Of a DNA stretch of 64,000 nucleotides, positions 11,143 through 21,087 are shown piece after piece. The translations under genes and the position numbers were made by a program. This stretch comes from a bacterium (lineage in GTDB: Bacteria; UBA8248): positions 1,856,001 to 1,920,000 of the forward strand of contig CBDBZU010000004.1 of assembly GCA_965213625.1 (NCBI GenBank), written 5' to 3'. The notes under the pieces are model-generated. The model worked only from the letters and a program-made list of their open reading frames with translations. It had not been told where the DNA came from and did not search any database. Each line of letters opens with the position of its first letter. Position 1 is the stretch's first letter.

Positions 11143-11782
11143 GGTATTCCCTCCTCTCCCGGTCCGTCTGTTTTGATCAGCGGACCTATGAGGATTCCGG
11201 TACATCCTATGGATATAGGTGTGCCGGAATCGAATGAGCGCTGCAGAAGCACGTCACAGGATTCCACGACGACCACTATTTCCTTTGTAGCTTGAATGGA
11301 AACATCTTAGCACCTGGCCACTCCAGATCAAAATTCCTTTAACGATGGTCCGGTTCCGGCGCCGCACTCACGCTTGCGCGGCAGACCGGTCATCCCCACT
11401 TCCGCGAACCGTTTTCGCCTCGCCGGAAGCTCTCCTGTTTGCAGTTTTTTTAGAAAATTCTTAATCGCAATGTCGCGCCAAAAGGTGTGAAAAGTCGAAT
11501 TTCAATATTGTTGCAACATTCAAAAGTTGTCCCTATATTGAAAGTAGGAACAAGTTCATAAAGAGCGCGACACGCTGTGATTTTGATTTTGAAATACGCA
11601 GCTTTTACAGGGGTGTCGATACTGCTTGTCGCTGGCCTGGGCGCGGCCAACATCGAATAGAAGTTCGCGTTCCGTGACGACGCTTCGCAGATGAGGAGGG
11701 CATAAACCGATTCGAAATAGTTGATGGTTGATGATCGTATTGACATCAGCTAACGGAAGACTTCGCCAGGGGAGTTCTCGCA

Positions 11783-12532
11783 ATGTTGATCAAATCTATT
11801 TTACCTATTTTTTTGTCCCTGTCTTTTCTTCTTATCCTTATCCCAAACGCTTCCCTGGCGAAGTATAAAGTCGTATCCATCACAGGCGGCGGGACCATCA
11901 CCGGCAAGGTGAGCTTCAAGGGCAAGCCTCCCGCCCCCGTCAAATACATTATCACCAAGGACTATAACGCCTGCGGTAAGGGCCAGGTAACCCGCCAGGA
12001 GGTGGACGCGAAGGACGGCGCCCTCAGGGGCGTTGTCGTCTATCTCGACAAGGTCAGGAAGGGCAAGGGCTATCCCAAGGAAATCCAGAGCGCTGTGGTG
12101 GACCAGAAAAAGTGCGCCTATGTCCCCTACCTCCAGGTCGTCGCCGAGGGGGGCAAGGTCACCATCCTGAACAGCGACGCCGCCCATCACAACATCCACA
12201 CCTACGAGATCATCGGCCGGTCGAAACGCTCCATGTGGAACATCTCCCAGCCCAAGCAGCGGAAAAAAGTCGTCCGCAGGGCCAAGGTTCGGCGGAGCCC
12301 CATCGTCCGTATCGAGTGCGACGTGCACAACTGGATGAAGGGGTTTCTCTTCGTGGCCAGGAATCCCTATTACGCGCGCGTGAACGATGACGGCAGTTTT
12401 GAGATCAACGACGTTCCTCCGGGGAAATACTCCCTGCGGGCGTGGCACCCGGCCCTGGGGGTCAAGAAGAAAAAGATCGCCATAACCGCCGGGGGGAAGA
12501 AGGCCGCCGCCTTCACGTTTTCTTCGAAATAA
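11783..12532 (+). CDS. secreted carboxypeptidase-regulatory-like/cupredoxin-like beta-sandwich protein
   Basis: Signal peptide, GTITGKV, DQKKC.YVP, NSD..HHNIH, CDVHNWM, DVPPGKY..RAWH. Confidence 0.75.
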   Translation: MLIKSILPIFLSLSFLLILIPNASLAKYKVVSITGGGTITGKVSFKGKPPAPVKYIITKDYNACGKGQVTRQEVDAKDGALRGVVVYLDKVRKGKGYPKEIQSAVVDQKKCAYVPYLQVVAEGGKVTILNSDAAHHNIHTYEIIGRSKRSMWNISQPKQRKKVVRRAKVRRSPIVRIECDVHNWMKGFLFVARNPYYARVNDDGSFEINDVPPGKYSLRAWHPALGVKKKKIAITAGGKKAAAFTFSSK

Positions 12533-12604
12533 GGCCGTATTTCCAGCATATATGGGACGGAAGTCTTACAGGAGATAGAACAGCCAGCTTGGGAGGAGGA
12601 AAGA

Positions 12605-13711
12605 ATGGAATTCGTTCACGCCATCCGGCGCCGGATACTCTGCGGAATCCTGCTGAGCGCCTGGGTTTTTCTCCCGGCGATAGGGTGGGGAGCTTCCCTC
12701 GCACCCCTTCCGGCGCCCAAGGCCCAGAAGCCCGCGCAGACCGAGTTGGGCCGGCATCTCTTCTTCGATCCCCGCATGTCGGGGGACGGGGGGATCAGCT
12801 GCGCCACCTGCCATCAGCCCGCAAAGGGCTGGGGTGACGGCCAGAGCCTCTCGACGGGCTATCCGGGGAGTAAGTATTTCAGAAACGCCCAGACGCTCCT
12901 GAACGCCGCCTACAACAAGCGGGTCTTCTGGGACGGCCGTCTGAGCGGGGCCGACTTGCCCACCCTCGTGCGGGACCACCTGACGGAAGCCCACTTCATG
13001 CTGGTGGACGGACGTCTTTTCCCCGAGCGGCTCAAGCAGGTTCCCGCTTACGTCAAGATGTTCAAGGAGGCCTATGGCGGGGAGCCTTCCTTTGGCGGCG
13101 CGCTCAAGGCCATCTCGGCGTTCCTGCATACCATCGCCTCGCGGAACGCGCCTTTCGATGCGTACCTGAAGGGCGATAAAAAGGCCCTTTCTGCCCAGGC
13201 CAAACAGGGACTCGCCCTGTTCCAGGGGAAGGCCGGTTGCGTCCAGTGCCATAACGGCGCCCTTTTGAGCGACGGCGGATTTCACGCGCTCGGCGTTCCC
13301 GAAAACGAGCAGATTTTCAAGGACCCGATGCGCCACATCACTTTCCGCCGGTTCAACAAGGTGCTCGGCGTCCCGAATTTCATGAACTTGAGAGCCGACG
13401 CGGGCCTCTACGTCGTGACGAAAGAAGAGAGCGACCGCGGCAAGTTCCGCACGCCGACGCTGCGCGAAGTCGCCCGGACGGCGCCCTACATGCACAACGG
13501 CGCTTTCGCCACACTGGAGGACGTCGTCGCCTTCTACAATAAGGGCGGCGGGAGCGGCCCCAACAAGAGCTCGCGGCTCAAGCCCCTGGGACTCTCCGCG
13601 GATGAGAGAAAGGCCCTGGTGGAGTTCATGAAGAGTCTCTCCGGTGCTGCGGTTTCCACGAATGAACCGAAAATTCCCGATTATGAACTCCGCAAACTCG
13701 GCGATAATTGA
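12605..13711 (+). CDS. di-haem cytochrome c peroxidase (MauG/CcP family), IdrP-like
   Basis: Signal peptide, LGRHLFFDPRMS, CATCH, FWDGR, CVQCH, FRTPTLR, APYMHNG. Confidence 0.9.
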   Translation: MEFVHAIRRRILCGILLSAWVFLPAIGWGASLAPLPAPKAQKPAQTELGRHLFFDPRMSGDGGISCATCHQPAKGWGDGQSLSTGYPGSKYFRNAQTLLNAAYNKRVFWDGRLSGADLPTLVRDHLTEAHFMLVDGRLFPERLKQVPAYVKMFKEAYGGEPSFGGALKAISAFLHTIASRNAPFDAYLKGDKKALSAQAKQGLALFQGKAGCVQCHNGALLSDGGFHALGVPENEQIFKDPMRHITFRRFNKVLGVPNFMNLRADAGLYVVTKEESDRGKFRTPTLREVARTAPYMHNGAFATLEDVVAFYNKGGGSGPNKSSRLKPLGLSADERKALVEFMKSLSGAAVSTNEPKIPDYELRKLGDN

Positions 13712-13721
13712 GGAGACGGCC

Positions 13722-14861
13722 ATGAACGCGCGAATGAAAAACTGCTTCCTGGGTTCCACGATGGCCGTCTGCTTCATCGCCGCCCTTCTGGTGGGAGGAG
13801 CGGACGCGGCCCGGAAGGGGAAATTCCCTCCGCTGGGGCCATTACCGCCTGTTCCGGTTCCGGCTGACAATCCCATGTCTCCGGCCAAGGTGGAGTTGGG
13901 CAAGCTGCTCTTTTTCGACGCCCGCCTGTCGGGGGACGCCAGCACGTCGTGCGCCTCTTGCCACAGCCCCGAAAACGGCTGGGGAGACGGCGGCGACCTG
14001 AGCCGGGGCTACCCGGGCACGCAGCACTGGCGGAACTCCCAGACGATACTCAATTCTGCCTATTACGCAAAACTGTTCTGGGCAGGCGAGGTTCCGAGTC
14101 TGGAAGCCCAGGCCAAGAGCGCCGCCACGGGCAACGTGGCCGGAAACGGCGACACCATGATGATGGAGGAGCGTCTGCGCCAGGTTCCCGAATACGTCAA
14201 GCGCTTCCGTGAGGTGTTCGGATCCGCCTGGCCGACCATCGACGACGCATGGCGGGCCATCTCGGCCTACGAGCGCACACTGATTTCGAAGGCGGAGGAC
14301 GTGCCGTTCGACCGCTTCATGAAAGGAGACAAGAAGGCGCTCTCGGAAAGCGCTCTGCGCGGGCTGGCTCTTTTCCGCGGAAAGGCGCAGTGCATCCAGT
14401 GCCACAACGGCCCCCTCCTTTCGGATGAGGACTATCACAACATCGGCGTCCCCAAGAACCCCGCGTTCGAGGAAGACCCCTTGCGGCAGATAACGCTTCG
14501 CTTTCAGCACGTGATACGAGGCGTTCCCGAATCCGTGTACCGCAAGGCGGATCGGGATTTGGGCCTCTACTACACCACCAAGCGGGAGGCCGATAAGGGG
14601 AGGTTCCGCACCCCCAGCCTGCGGGAGCTGAATTACACGGCGCCTTTCATGCACAACGGCGCATTTTTCGAGTTGGATGAGGTCATCGATTTTTATGACG
14701 AAGGAGGAGGGGAGGACGCGAACAAGAGTCCACTTCTCAAGAAATTGGGGCTCTCGGACGAGGAGAAGGAAGACCTGCTGGCCTTTCTGGAATCGCTCTC
14801 GAGCGATAAGCCTTTGCTCGTTCAGCCCCCTGAACTGCCGCCGTACGCGGCCATGCCGTAA
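13722..14861 (+). CDS. second di-haem cytochrome c peroxidase (MauG/CcP family), IdrP-like
   Basis: AGGAG RBS, signal peptide, LGKLLFFDARLS, CASCH, LFWAGE, CIQCH, FRTPSLR, APFMHNG. Confidence 0.9.
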   Translation: MNARMKNCFLGSTMAVCFIAALLVGGADAARKGKFPPLGPLPPVPVPADNPMSPAKVELGKLLFFDARLSGDASTSCASCHSPENGWGDGGDLSRGYPGTQHWRNSQTILNSAYYAKLFWAGEVPSLEAQAKSAATGNVAGNGDTMMMEERLRQVPEYVKRFREVFGSAWPTIDDAWRAISAYERTLISKAEDVPFDRFMKGDKKALSESALRGLALFRGKAQCIQCHNGPLLSDEDYHNIGVPKNPAFEEDPLRQITLRFQHVIRGVPESVYRKADRDLGLYYTTKREADKGRFRTPSLRELNYTAPFMHNGAFFELDEVIDFYDEGGGEDANKSPLLKKLGLSDEEKEDLLAFLESLSSDKPLLVQPPELPPYAAMP

Positions 14862-14871
14862 GGAGGAATCC

Positions 14872-15414
14872 ATGACTCAGGAAGCCAAGGAAACCCGGCC
14901 TTGTATCTCGCGGCGCGCCTTTCTCCTGGCCGGCGGAACCGCCATGAGCGTGGTGCTGGTCGAGGGCATCCCCGGCCTGGCCGGAGCGGCCCTGCAAAGG
15001 GCGGCGTATCCCCGCCGGAAAATCGGCAAGCTCAGCGCCCTCAAAGTCGATACGCCTCAGTATTTCCAGTATCCCTGGAAGGACGTCTTCTCGGGGTGCA
15101 TGCTGGTCAAGCTGGGCGTAACGGCCGGCGGCGGCGTCGGCCCCAAGAGAGACGTCGTGGCGTTCAGTACCCTGTGCACCCACATGGGCGGCCCTCTGCA
15201 GGGGACATACAACGGGCAGTACAAGGCCATCGGCCCGTGCCCGTTCCATCTGACGACCTTCGACCTCATGAAGCACGGCATGGTCGGGGCGGGGCAAGCC
15301 ACGGAAAGCCTCCCCCAGGTCGTACTGGAGACCCGTGGAGACGACATCTACGCGATCGGAATGATGGGGCTGCTATACGGTTATCACTCGAATCTTGCGC
15401 CGGCACAGCGCTGA
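14872..15414 (+). CDS. idrB: Rieske [2Fe-2S] small subunit, IdrB/AioB-like
   Basis: AGGAGG RBS, Tat signal SRRAFL, CTHMGG...GPCPFH, GQATESLPQV, GLLYG. Confidence 0.8.
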   Translation: MTQEAKETRPCISRRAFLLAGGTAMSVVLVEGIPGLAGAALQRAAYPRRKIGKLSALKVDTPQYFQYPWKDVFSGCMLVKLGVTAGGGVGPKRDVVAFSTLCTHMGGPLQGTYNGQYKAIGPCPFHLTTFDLMKHGMVGAGQATESLPQVVLETRGDDIYAIGMMGLLYGYHSNLAPAQR

Positions 15415-15426
15415 GGAGGACGCATC

Positions 15427-18093
15427 ATGGCAGGAAAGGTAACGAACTACTACCTTGCGGAAGACAGTGTCCCCCTCCCCCCGCGAGACGCTGAGGTTTT
15501 CACCACGGCGTGCGACTATTGCATCGTGGGCTGCGGGTACAAGGTCTACCGCTGGCCAATCGGGCGCGAGGGCGGGCCCAAGGCCGGCCAGAACGCCCTG
15601 GGCGTCGATTTTCCCACCGCCATCATGAGCGGCGGCTGGGTCAGCCCGAACATGCACAACATCATCATGGTGAACGGTCGCCCACACCACGTCATCGTCA
15701 TGCCGGACAAGGATGCGAAGGTCGTGAACGTCGGGGGAAACCACTCCATCCGGGGCGGCGTCCTGGCGAAGAAACTCTATAATCCCAACGAACCCTCACA
15801 GGACCGCCTGCGCCAGCCGATGATGCGCGTTCGAGGAACCTTACAGGAGGTCTCGTGGGATACGGCTATGGGCGTCTTGGCGGGCATCTCGAAACACGTC
15901 CTCGACAAGTTCGGCGAGCACGCCTGGGCCATGAAGACGTATTCCTACCAGTATTTCGAAAATACCTATGCCATCTCCAAGCTCGCCTTCCGCGCCATCG
16001 GGACGCCGGCCTACGCCCCGCATGACAAGCCGGGTCCCGGCCCGGACACGCCTGGGATTGATTTTTCCGGCATCAATCCATTCAGCGCCTCCTATGACGA
16101 CTGGGGAGAGGCCGAGGTCATCTTCTTCTCGGGCGTCGACCCGTGGGAGACCAAGTCGGTGCTGTTCACCTCCTGGATCATGGGCGGAAAAACGCCGAAC
16201 AAAAAGCTGGTCTTCGCTCTTCCGCGTAAGACCTCGGGCGTGGCCTACGGCGAGAAGCGCGGCGGTCTCTTCCTGCCCGTCATTCCGGGAACGGATACGG
16301 TCCTCCAATTGGCCATCATCCGCCTGATCCTCGAGAACGGCTGGGAGGACAAGGAGTTTATCGCGAGAAAGGTGTCGAACAAGTGGGAGATCGGCTCCGG
16401 CATGGGACGCGGCACCCGCAACACGCCGTGGCAGTGGGTCACGACCTGGGGCAAGTACGGGACCGACTTCGAGGGCTATAAAAAGTGGATTCTGAGCTAT
16501 CCCTACGCCGAACTGGAGCGAGCCGCGAAGATCACGGGCGTGCCGGCGGCGGACATTCGAAAGACAGCCGAAATCCTGGCCAAGCCCAAGCCCGACGGAA
16601 CGCGCAAGAAAACCTCGTTCATGCTCGAGAAGGGCAATTACTGGTGCAACAGTTTCGGGAACACGGCTTCCTTCGCGGCCCTCGGGCTGGTCTGCGGCGC
16701 CGGGTCGCGGCCCGGTCGCGTGATCTCCCGAGGCGGGGGGCATCAGCGCGGCTGGATGGGCGCGGCCGGTTACCCGAGGAGCCTGTCTCCGGAGAAGGCG
16801 CCGGGACGCCGCAAGAAGGAAATCGATCTCGACCGCTGGGTCGTAGACGGTCACGTCCGCTTCGCATGGGTCATCGGAACCACCTGGTGCCAGGCCATGG
16901 CGGCGTCTCAGGAGTTGATGGACGTTTTCCAGCGATTGACTCGACACAACCCCCACCAGATCGAGAGTTTTGACGTCGATTCGGCGGTGGACGCCTTAAA
17001 GCGGCGCGTGGACGCCGGCGGCATGGTCGTGGCCCACCAGGACATCTACCCGGTTGCTCCCATCGGAACCGAGTATTCGGATCTGATTCTTCCGGCCGCC
17101 ACCTGGGGTGAGGAAGACTTCACCCGGTGCAACGGCGAGCGCCGCCTCAGGCTCTACAGCAAGTTCGCCGACCCCCCCGGAGAGGCCCGGCCCGACTGGT
17201 GGATCATCGCCGCGTTCGCGAGGAAGATGGGCTTCAAGGGCTTCGACTGGAAGGACAGCAACCAGATATTCGAGGAGGCGGCCCGCTTCGGACGCAAAGG
17301 AGTACTCAACTACCATCCGCTCGTCGTGAAGGCCAAGCGCGAGGGGAAACGGGGCCACGAGTTGCTCCGCGAATACGGGACCGGCGGCATCCAGACCCCC
17401 ATTCGCATGGTCAAGGGCAAACTCGTCGGGACGAAGCGTCTCCACGACGAAACCCTCGAACTGGGAACCCCCGAAGGCCCCACCATGCACAGGAAATGGC
17501 TCACCTCCTTCGGGACCCAGAGCGGCAAGGCGGTTTTGCTGAAAAGCTACTGGGAGGATTTCAAGGATTTCTACGATAGGGTCACCCCGCAGGGAGACGA
17601 GTTGTGGGTGACGAACGGCCGCATCAACGAGCTGTGGCAATCCGGCTACGACGACAAGCGGCGACCCTACATCATGCAGCGTTGGCCCCAGCAGTTCTTG
17701 GAGATTCACCCGAAAGACGCCGGCGCCCGGGGCATCGAATCAGGAGACCTGGTGGCCATCGAGAACGACGACCTGCTCGTGCAGACGGGAGGGTACATCG
17801 GCGTCGACGGCAAGGAGCAGACCTTCACCGAGCTCATGAAGGCCGGGCGGATCAAGAAGAGCAAGGGTAGCTTCACCGCCGTGGCTATGGTCACCGACGC
17901 GGTTCGGGAGGGTGTCACCTTCGCCTATTTCGGCTTTCCCGAGAACCCGGCCAACTCGGTGGTTCACCGGGTGCCGGACCCCCTGACCAACCGCTACCGC
18001 TACAAGCTGGGCAAGGGGAAGTTGAAGAAGATTGGAGAATCTCCGCACAAGCATTCGCTGACGAGCCTCAGCTTCGTCCCCCGGACGCTTTAA
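15427..18093 (+). CDS. idrA: DMSO-reductase-family molybdoenzyme large subunit, iodate reductase IdrA-like (AioA-related)
   Basis: PLPP.DAEV.TTACDYCIVGCGYKVYRWP ([3Fe-4S] Cx2Cx3C), NHSIRGG, LPAATWGE, NGERRLRLY, PPGEARPDW, NGRINELWQS, RYKLGKG; no signal peptide of its own; adjacent to a Rieske gene and two CcP genes. Confidence 0.8.
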   Translation: MAGKVTNYYLAEDSVPLPPRDAEVFTTACDYCIVGCGYKVYRWPIGREGGPKAGQNALGVDFPTAIMSGGWVSPNMHNIIMVNGRPHHVIVMPDKDAKVVNVGGNHSIRGGVLAKKLYNPNEPSQDRLRQPMMRVRGTLQEVSWDTAMGVLAGISKHVLDKFGEHAWAMKTYSYQYFENTYAISKLAFRAIGTPAYAPHDKPGPGPDTPGIDFSGINPFSASYDDWGEAEVIFFSGVDPWETKSVLFTSWIMGGKTPNKKLVFALPRKTSGVAYGEKRGGLFLPVIPGTDTVLQLAIIRLILENGWEDKEFIARKVSNKWEIGSGMGRGTRNTPWQWVTTWGKYGTDFEGYKKWILSYPYAELERAAKITGVPAADIRKTAEILAKPKPDGTRKKTSFMLEKGNYWCNSFGNTASFAALGLVCGAGSRPGRVISRGGGHQRGWMGAAGYPRSLSPEKAPGRRKKEIDLDRWVVDGHVRFAWVIGTTWCQAMAASQELMDVFQRLTRHNPHQIESFDVDSAVDALKRRVDAGGMVVAHQDIYPVAPIGTEYSDLILPAATWGEEDFTRCNGERRLRLYSKFADPPGEARPDWWIIAAFARKMGFKGFDWKDSNQIFEEAARFGRKGVLNYHPLVVKAKREGKRGHELLREYGTGGIQTPIRMVKGKLVGTKRLHDETLELGTPEGPTMHRKWLTSFGTQSGKAVLLKSYWEDFKDFYDRVTPQGDELWVTNGRINELWQSGYDDKRRPYIMQRWPQQFLEIHPKDAGARGIESGDLVAIENDDLLVQTGGYIGVDGKEQTFTELMKAGRIKKSKGSFTAVAMVTDAVREGVTFAYFGFPENPANSVVHRVPDPLTNRYRYKLGKGKLKKIGESPHKHSLTSLSFVPRTL

Positions 18094-18136
18094 TGGAGAT
18101 GGAGGTTTATAGGTCGTAGGCCATAAAGGAGGTTGT

Positions 18137-18523
18137 ATGAGAACGTTTCGGTCGAGAAGATTTTTCATCTGTGCAGGCCCGGTGCTCGCAGTGGCGCTCT
18201 TTTCTTGGTCCTCTGGTGACGGGGCCGCCCAGCAAAAAGGCGACGTTGCGGCCGGCAAGGTCAAATACCTGCAGCTTTGCGCCTCCTGCCACGGCGCATC
18301 GGGCAAGGGAGACGGCGTCGCAGCCAAGGCGCTCAGCCCGAAGCCGAGAAATCACACGGACGGCAAATACATGAAGACCATAACGGATGAATATATCGCC
18401 AAGATTACCAAACTGGGCGGGGTCGCGGTAGGGAAATCGCCGTTGATGCCACCCTGGGGCGGTGTTCTTTCGGACGCCGACCTCCAGAATCTGGTCGCAT
18501 TCATGCGCTCGCTGGCGAAATAG
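18137..18523 (+). CDS. periplasmic mono-haem class I cytochrome c
   Basis: AAGGAGG RBS, signal peptide, CASCHG..GKGDG, distal Met in MPPWG. Confidence 0.9.
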   Translation: MRTFRSRRFFICAGPVLAVALFSWSSGDGAAQQKGDVAAGKVKYLQLCASCHGASGKGDGVAAKALSPKPRNHTDGKYMKTITDEYIAKITKLGGVAVGKSPLMPPWGGVLSDADLQNLVAFMRSLAK

Positions 18524-18533
18524 GATCGCGTAC

Positions 18534-20585
18534 ATGGACTCAGGGAATCGGGAGGCCCTACCTCCTGTGCGCTCCTTTCGGGTCGAGTTGCCCGGCCACG
18601 ACCACTGGCGGAAAACGATTTGCTGTCAGGATGCGTGTCCTGTACACACGGACGCGCGGGGTTACGTCACGGCCATCTCCGAGGAGGACTTCGAGCGCGC
18701 CTACATCATCGCCCGGGGACCGAACCCCTTCGCGTCGGTTTGCGGGCGCGTCTGTGCGGCGCCATGCGAAGCGGCCTGCCGCCGCGGCAACATCGATTCG
18801 CCGGTGGCCATCCGGGCGCTCAAGCGATTCGTGACGGAGCGCTACGGGGTAGAGGCCGATTTGGCCTCCGGCAAGGGGGAATCCGCCTTCTCGCAGCGCA
18901 GCCTCAGGAGCATGCGGGACCTCCGCTTCCAGCCCTCAACGCGCACCATCAACGATTTCTCGGTGCTCGAAGCGGCCCGCCGCAAGCCCGGGGGGGTGGA
19001 GACGGCGGGGCGAAAGGCCGCCGTCGTCGGTTCGGGCGTGGCGGGGTTGACCTGCGCGCACGATCTTGCCCTGCTCGGCTACGACGTGAGCGTTTTCGAA
19101 AAACAGGAAGTCCCCGGAGGCATGCTCATGCTCGGGGTTCCCGAATACCGCCTTCCGCGCGATCTCGTTCAGGCCGAGATTCAGGCCATCCTCAGCCTGG
19201 GCGTGGAGCTGCGGGTGAACAAGGCCATTGGGCGGGACTTCGACCTCTCCACCCTTCGCAAGGAAGGCTTCGAAGCGGTGTTCATCGCCATCGGCGCGCA
19301 TGTGAGCCGTTCTCTTCCCATGGAAGGCCAGGACGCGGACGGTGTTTTCCGGGCCGTCGAATTTCTGCTGAACGTGAATCTGAACTTCCGCGTCGAGTTG
19401 GGCGAGCGCGTAGTTGTGATCGGCGGGGGAAACGTGGCCATGGACGCCGCTCGGGTCGCCGCCCGGGTGGCCGGTGAGGCGGATTCCGCCGCTAGAACTG
19501 CCGATCAAACGGAAGACGCAGTTCTCATGCGCGAGATGATGGATGTGGCCCGCGAGGCGATGCGCGTGGGAGCGAGGAAAGTCCACGTCATCTGCCTGGA
19601 ATCTCGCGACGAGATGCCTGCTGCGGACTTCGAGATCGAAGAGGCGCTCGAAGAGGGAATCGATCTCGAGCCCCGGGTGGGGCCAGTCCGCATCGTGGAG
19701 AAAGATGGCCGGGTGGTCGGGCTGGAAGTCCACACGTGCACCCGCGTCTTCAATGAGGAGGGCCGCTTCAACCCGGAATTCGAGCCGGATACCAAGCGCG
19801 TGATTCCGTGCGATTCGGTTATCGTGGCCGTCGGCCAGGCTTCGGACCTTTCCTGGATCAAGGATGAGGACGGCGTCGAGACGACGCCGCGCGGGACCAT
19901 TCGCGTCGATCCCGAAACCTTGGCCACGACCGCTCCCGGCATCTACGCGGGCGGAGACGTCGCCATGGGTCCCCGGATATTCATCGAAGGGGTGGAAAAC
20001 GGTCACCGGGCCGCTCGCTCCATACACACCTTTCTGTCAGGCGGTCAGGCGGGCGTCCAGACGCATCTCCAGTGGGCCTCCATCGAACCCTTGCAGCAGG
20101 CACTACTTCAGGAGTCGGGGGAGGGATATCCCCTTCCCATCGTCAATCCCGGATACCAGAAAGTGTCTCGGCGAAACCCGGACGCCCTGCCCATCGAGCG
20201 CAGAATCGGCGTCGCCGAGGTGGAACTGGGTTATTCGCCCGCAGATGCGGTTGGGCAGGGAATGCGGTGTCTGCGCTGCAGCGCGAATCCGATCTTCGAT
20301 GGCGCCAAATGCATCCTCTGCGGCGGTTGTGTGGACGTCTGCCCGTCGCGCTGCCTGCGAATGGTTCCCCTGGAAGCATTACAGGGAGGAGAGGATCTGG
20401 CGGCTCTGGTGCAGGCCCGATTTGGAACGTCCGCCGGGGGCGCCGGAGAGTCGGGGATGGGCGCAGCCATGATCATGGATCCGGACAAGTGCATCCGTTG
20501 TTCGCTCTGCGCCCAGCGCTGTCCCACGGGCGCCGTTACCATCGAGAATTTTTCTTTCCAGGAAGAGTGGGTTGAGCTTGGATGA
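18534..20585 (+). CDS. GltD/NfnL-like FAD/NAD(P)-dependent Fe-S oxidoreductase with C-terminal 2x[4Fe-4S] ferredoxin domain
   Basis: CQDACP, CGRVCAAPCEAAC, GSGVAG, GGGNVAMD, AGGDV, RCLRC, CILCGGCVDVCP, CIRCSLCAQRCP. Confidence 0.9.
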   Translation: MDSGNREALPPVRSFRVELPGHDHWRKTICCQDACPVHTDARGYVTAISEEDFERAYIIARGPNPFASVCGRVCAAPCEAACRRGNIDSPVAIRALKRFVTERYGVEADLASGKGESAFSQRSLRSMRDLRFQPSTRTINDFSVLEAARRKPGGVETAGRKAAVVGSGVAGLTCAHDLALLGYDVSVFEKQEVPGGMLMLGVPEYRLPRDLVQAEIQAILSLGVELRVNKAIGRDFDLSTLRKEGFEAVFIAIGAHVSRSLPMEGQDADGVFRAVEFLLNVNLNFRVELGERVVVIGGGNVAMDAARVAARVAGEADSAARTADQTEDAVLMREMMDVAREAMRVGARKVHVICLESRDEMPAADFEIEEALEEGIDLEPRVGPVRIVEKDGRVVGLEVHTCTRVFNEEGRFNPEFEPDTKRVIPCDSVIVAVGQASDLSWIKDEDGVETTPRGTIRVDPETLATTAPGIYAGGDVAMGPRIFIEGVENGHRAARSIHTFLSGGQAGVQTHLQWASIEPLQQALLQESGEGYPLPIVNPGYQKVSRRNPDALPIERRIGVAEVELGYSPADAVGQGMRCLRCSANPIFDGAKCILCGGCVDVCPSRCLRMVPLEALQGGEDLAALVQARFGTSAGGAGESGMGAAMIMDPDKCIRCSLCAQRCPTGAVTIENFSFQEEWVELG

Positions 20586-21078
20586 CATGACTGCGGGCAT
20601 GGATGAACAGACCCCCCGGCGGCGTATGCTTCTGGGCCTCGGCTGGGTTTCTTTTCTGATTTCCCTGCTGGGCCCGGTTCTCGCCAACGTCCGCTTCTTG
20701 TTCCCCAACGTCGTTTATGAGGGTGAGTCGGTTCTGAAACTCGACGCCCTGGAGAAATACACCGTGGGGTCCATCACGTTTTTCGCCAACAAGAAAATCG
20801 TTTTGTTTCGTGAAAAAGACGGGTTCCGCGCCTGCACGGCCGTCTGTCCTCATCTTCGCTGCGTGATTACCCCCTTTGTCGGGGCGCCGGGCGCGTCTCC
20901 GGATATTTTGAGGGCCCGGTGCCCGTGCCACGGCAGCACTTTCGATGGGCGGGGACAGGTGCTCGGAGGGCCTGCGCCGCGCGGACTCGACTTCTTCCTC
21001 GTGACGAAATCGCCGGATGGCCGCGTCGTCGTCGATACGCGCAAAGTCGTTGCCCCGTCCGAGCATTTCAAGCTCTGA
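20572..21078 (+). CDS. membrane-anchored Rieske Fe-S subunit of a Rieske/cytochrome b complex
   Basis: RRR followed by a TM helix, CPHLRC and CPCHGS, GPAPRGL; start uncertain. Confidence 0.88.
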   Translation: MSLDDMTAGMDEQTPRRRMLLGLGWVSFLISLLGPVLANVRFLFPNVVYEGESVLKLDALEKYTVGSITFFANKKIVLFREKDGFRACTAVCPHLRCVITPFVGAPGASPDILRARCPCHGSTFDGRGQVLGGPAPRGLDFFLVTKSPDGRVVVDTRKVVAPSEHFKL

Positions 21079-21087
21079 GCCGTCATC

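Noticed and set aside
15427-18093. Canonical arsenite oxidase AioA
   Set aside because: Lacks HNRPAYNSE, has CDYC, sits beside two CcP genes and has no arsenic regulatory or resistance genes nearby; kept only as an alternative pending phylogeny.
18534-20585. Glutamate synthase small subunit gltD
   Set aside because: No gltB is adjacent; it has an extra ferredoxin domain and is coupled to Rieske/cytb genes.
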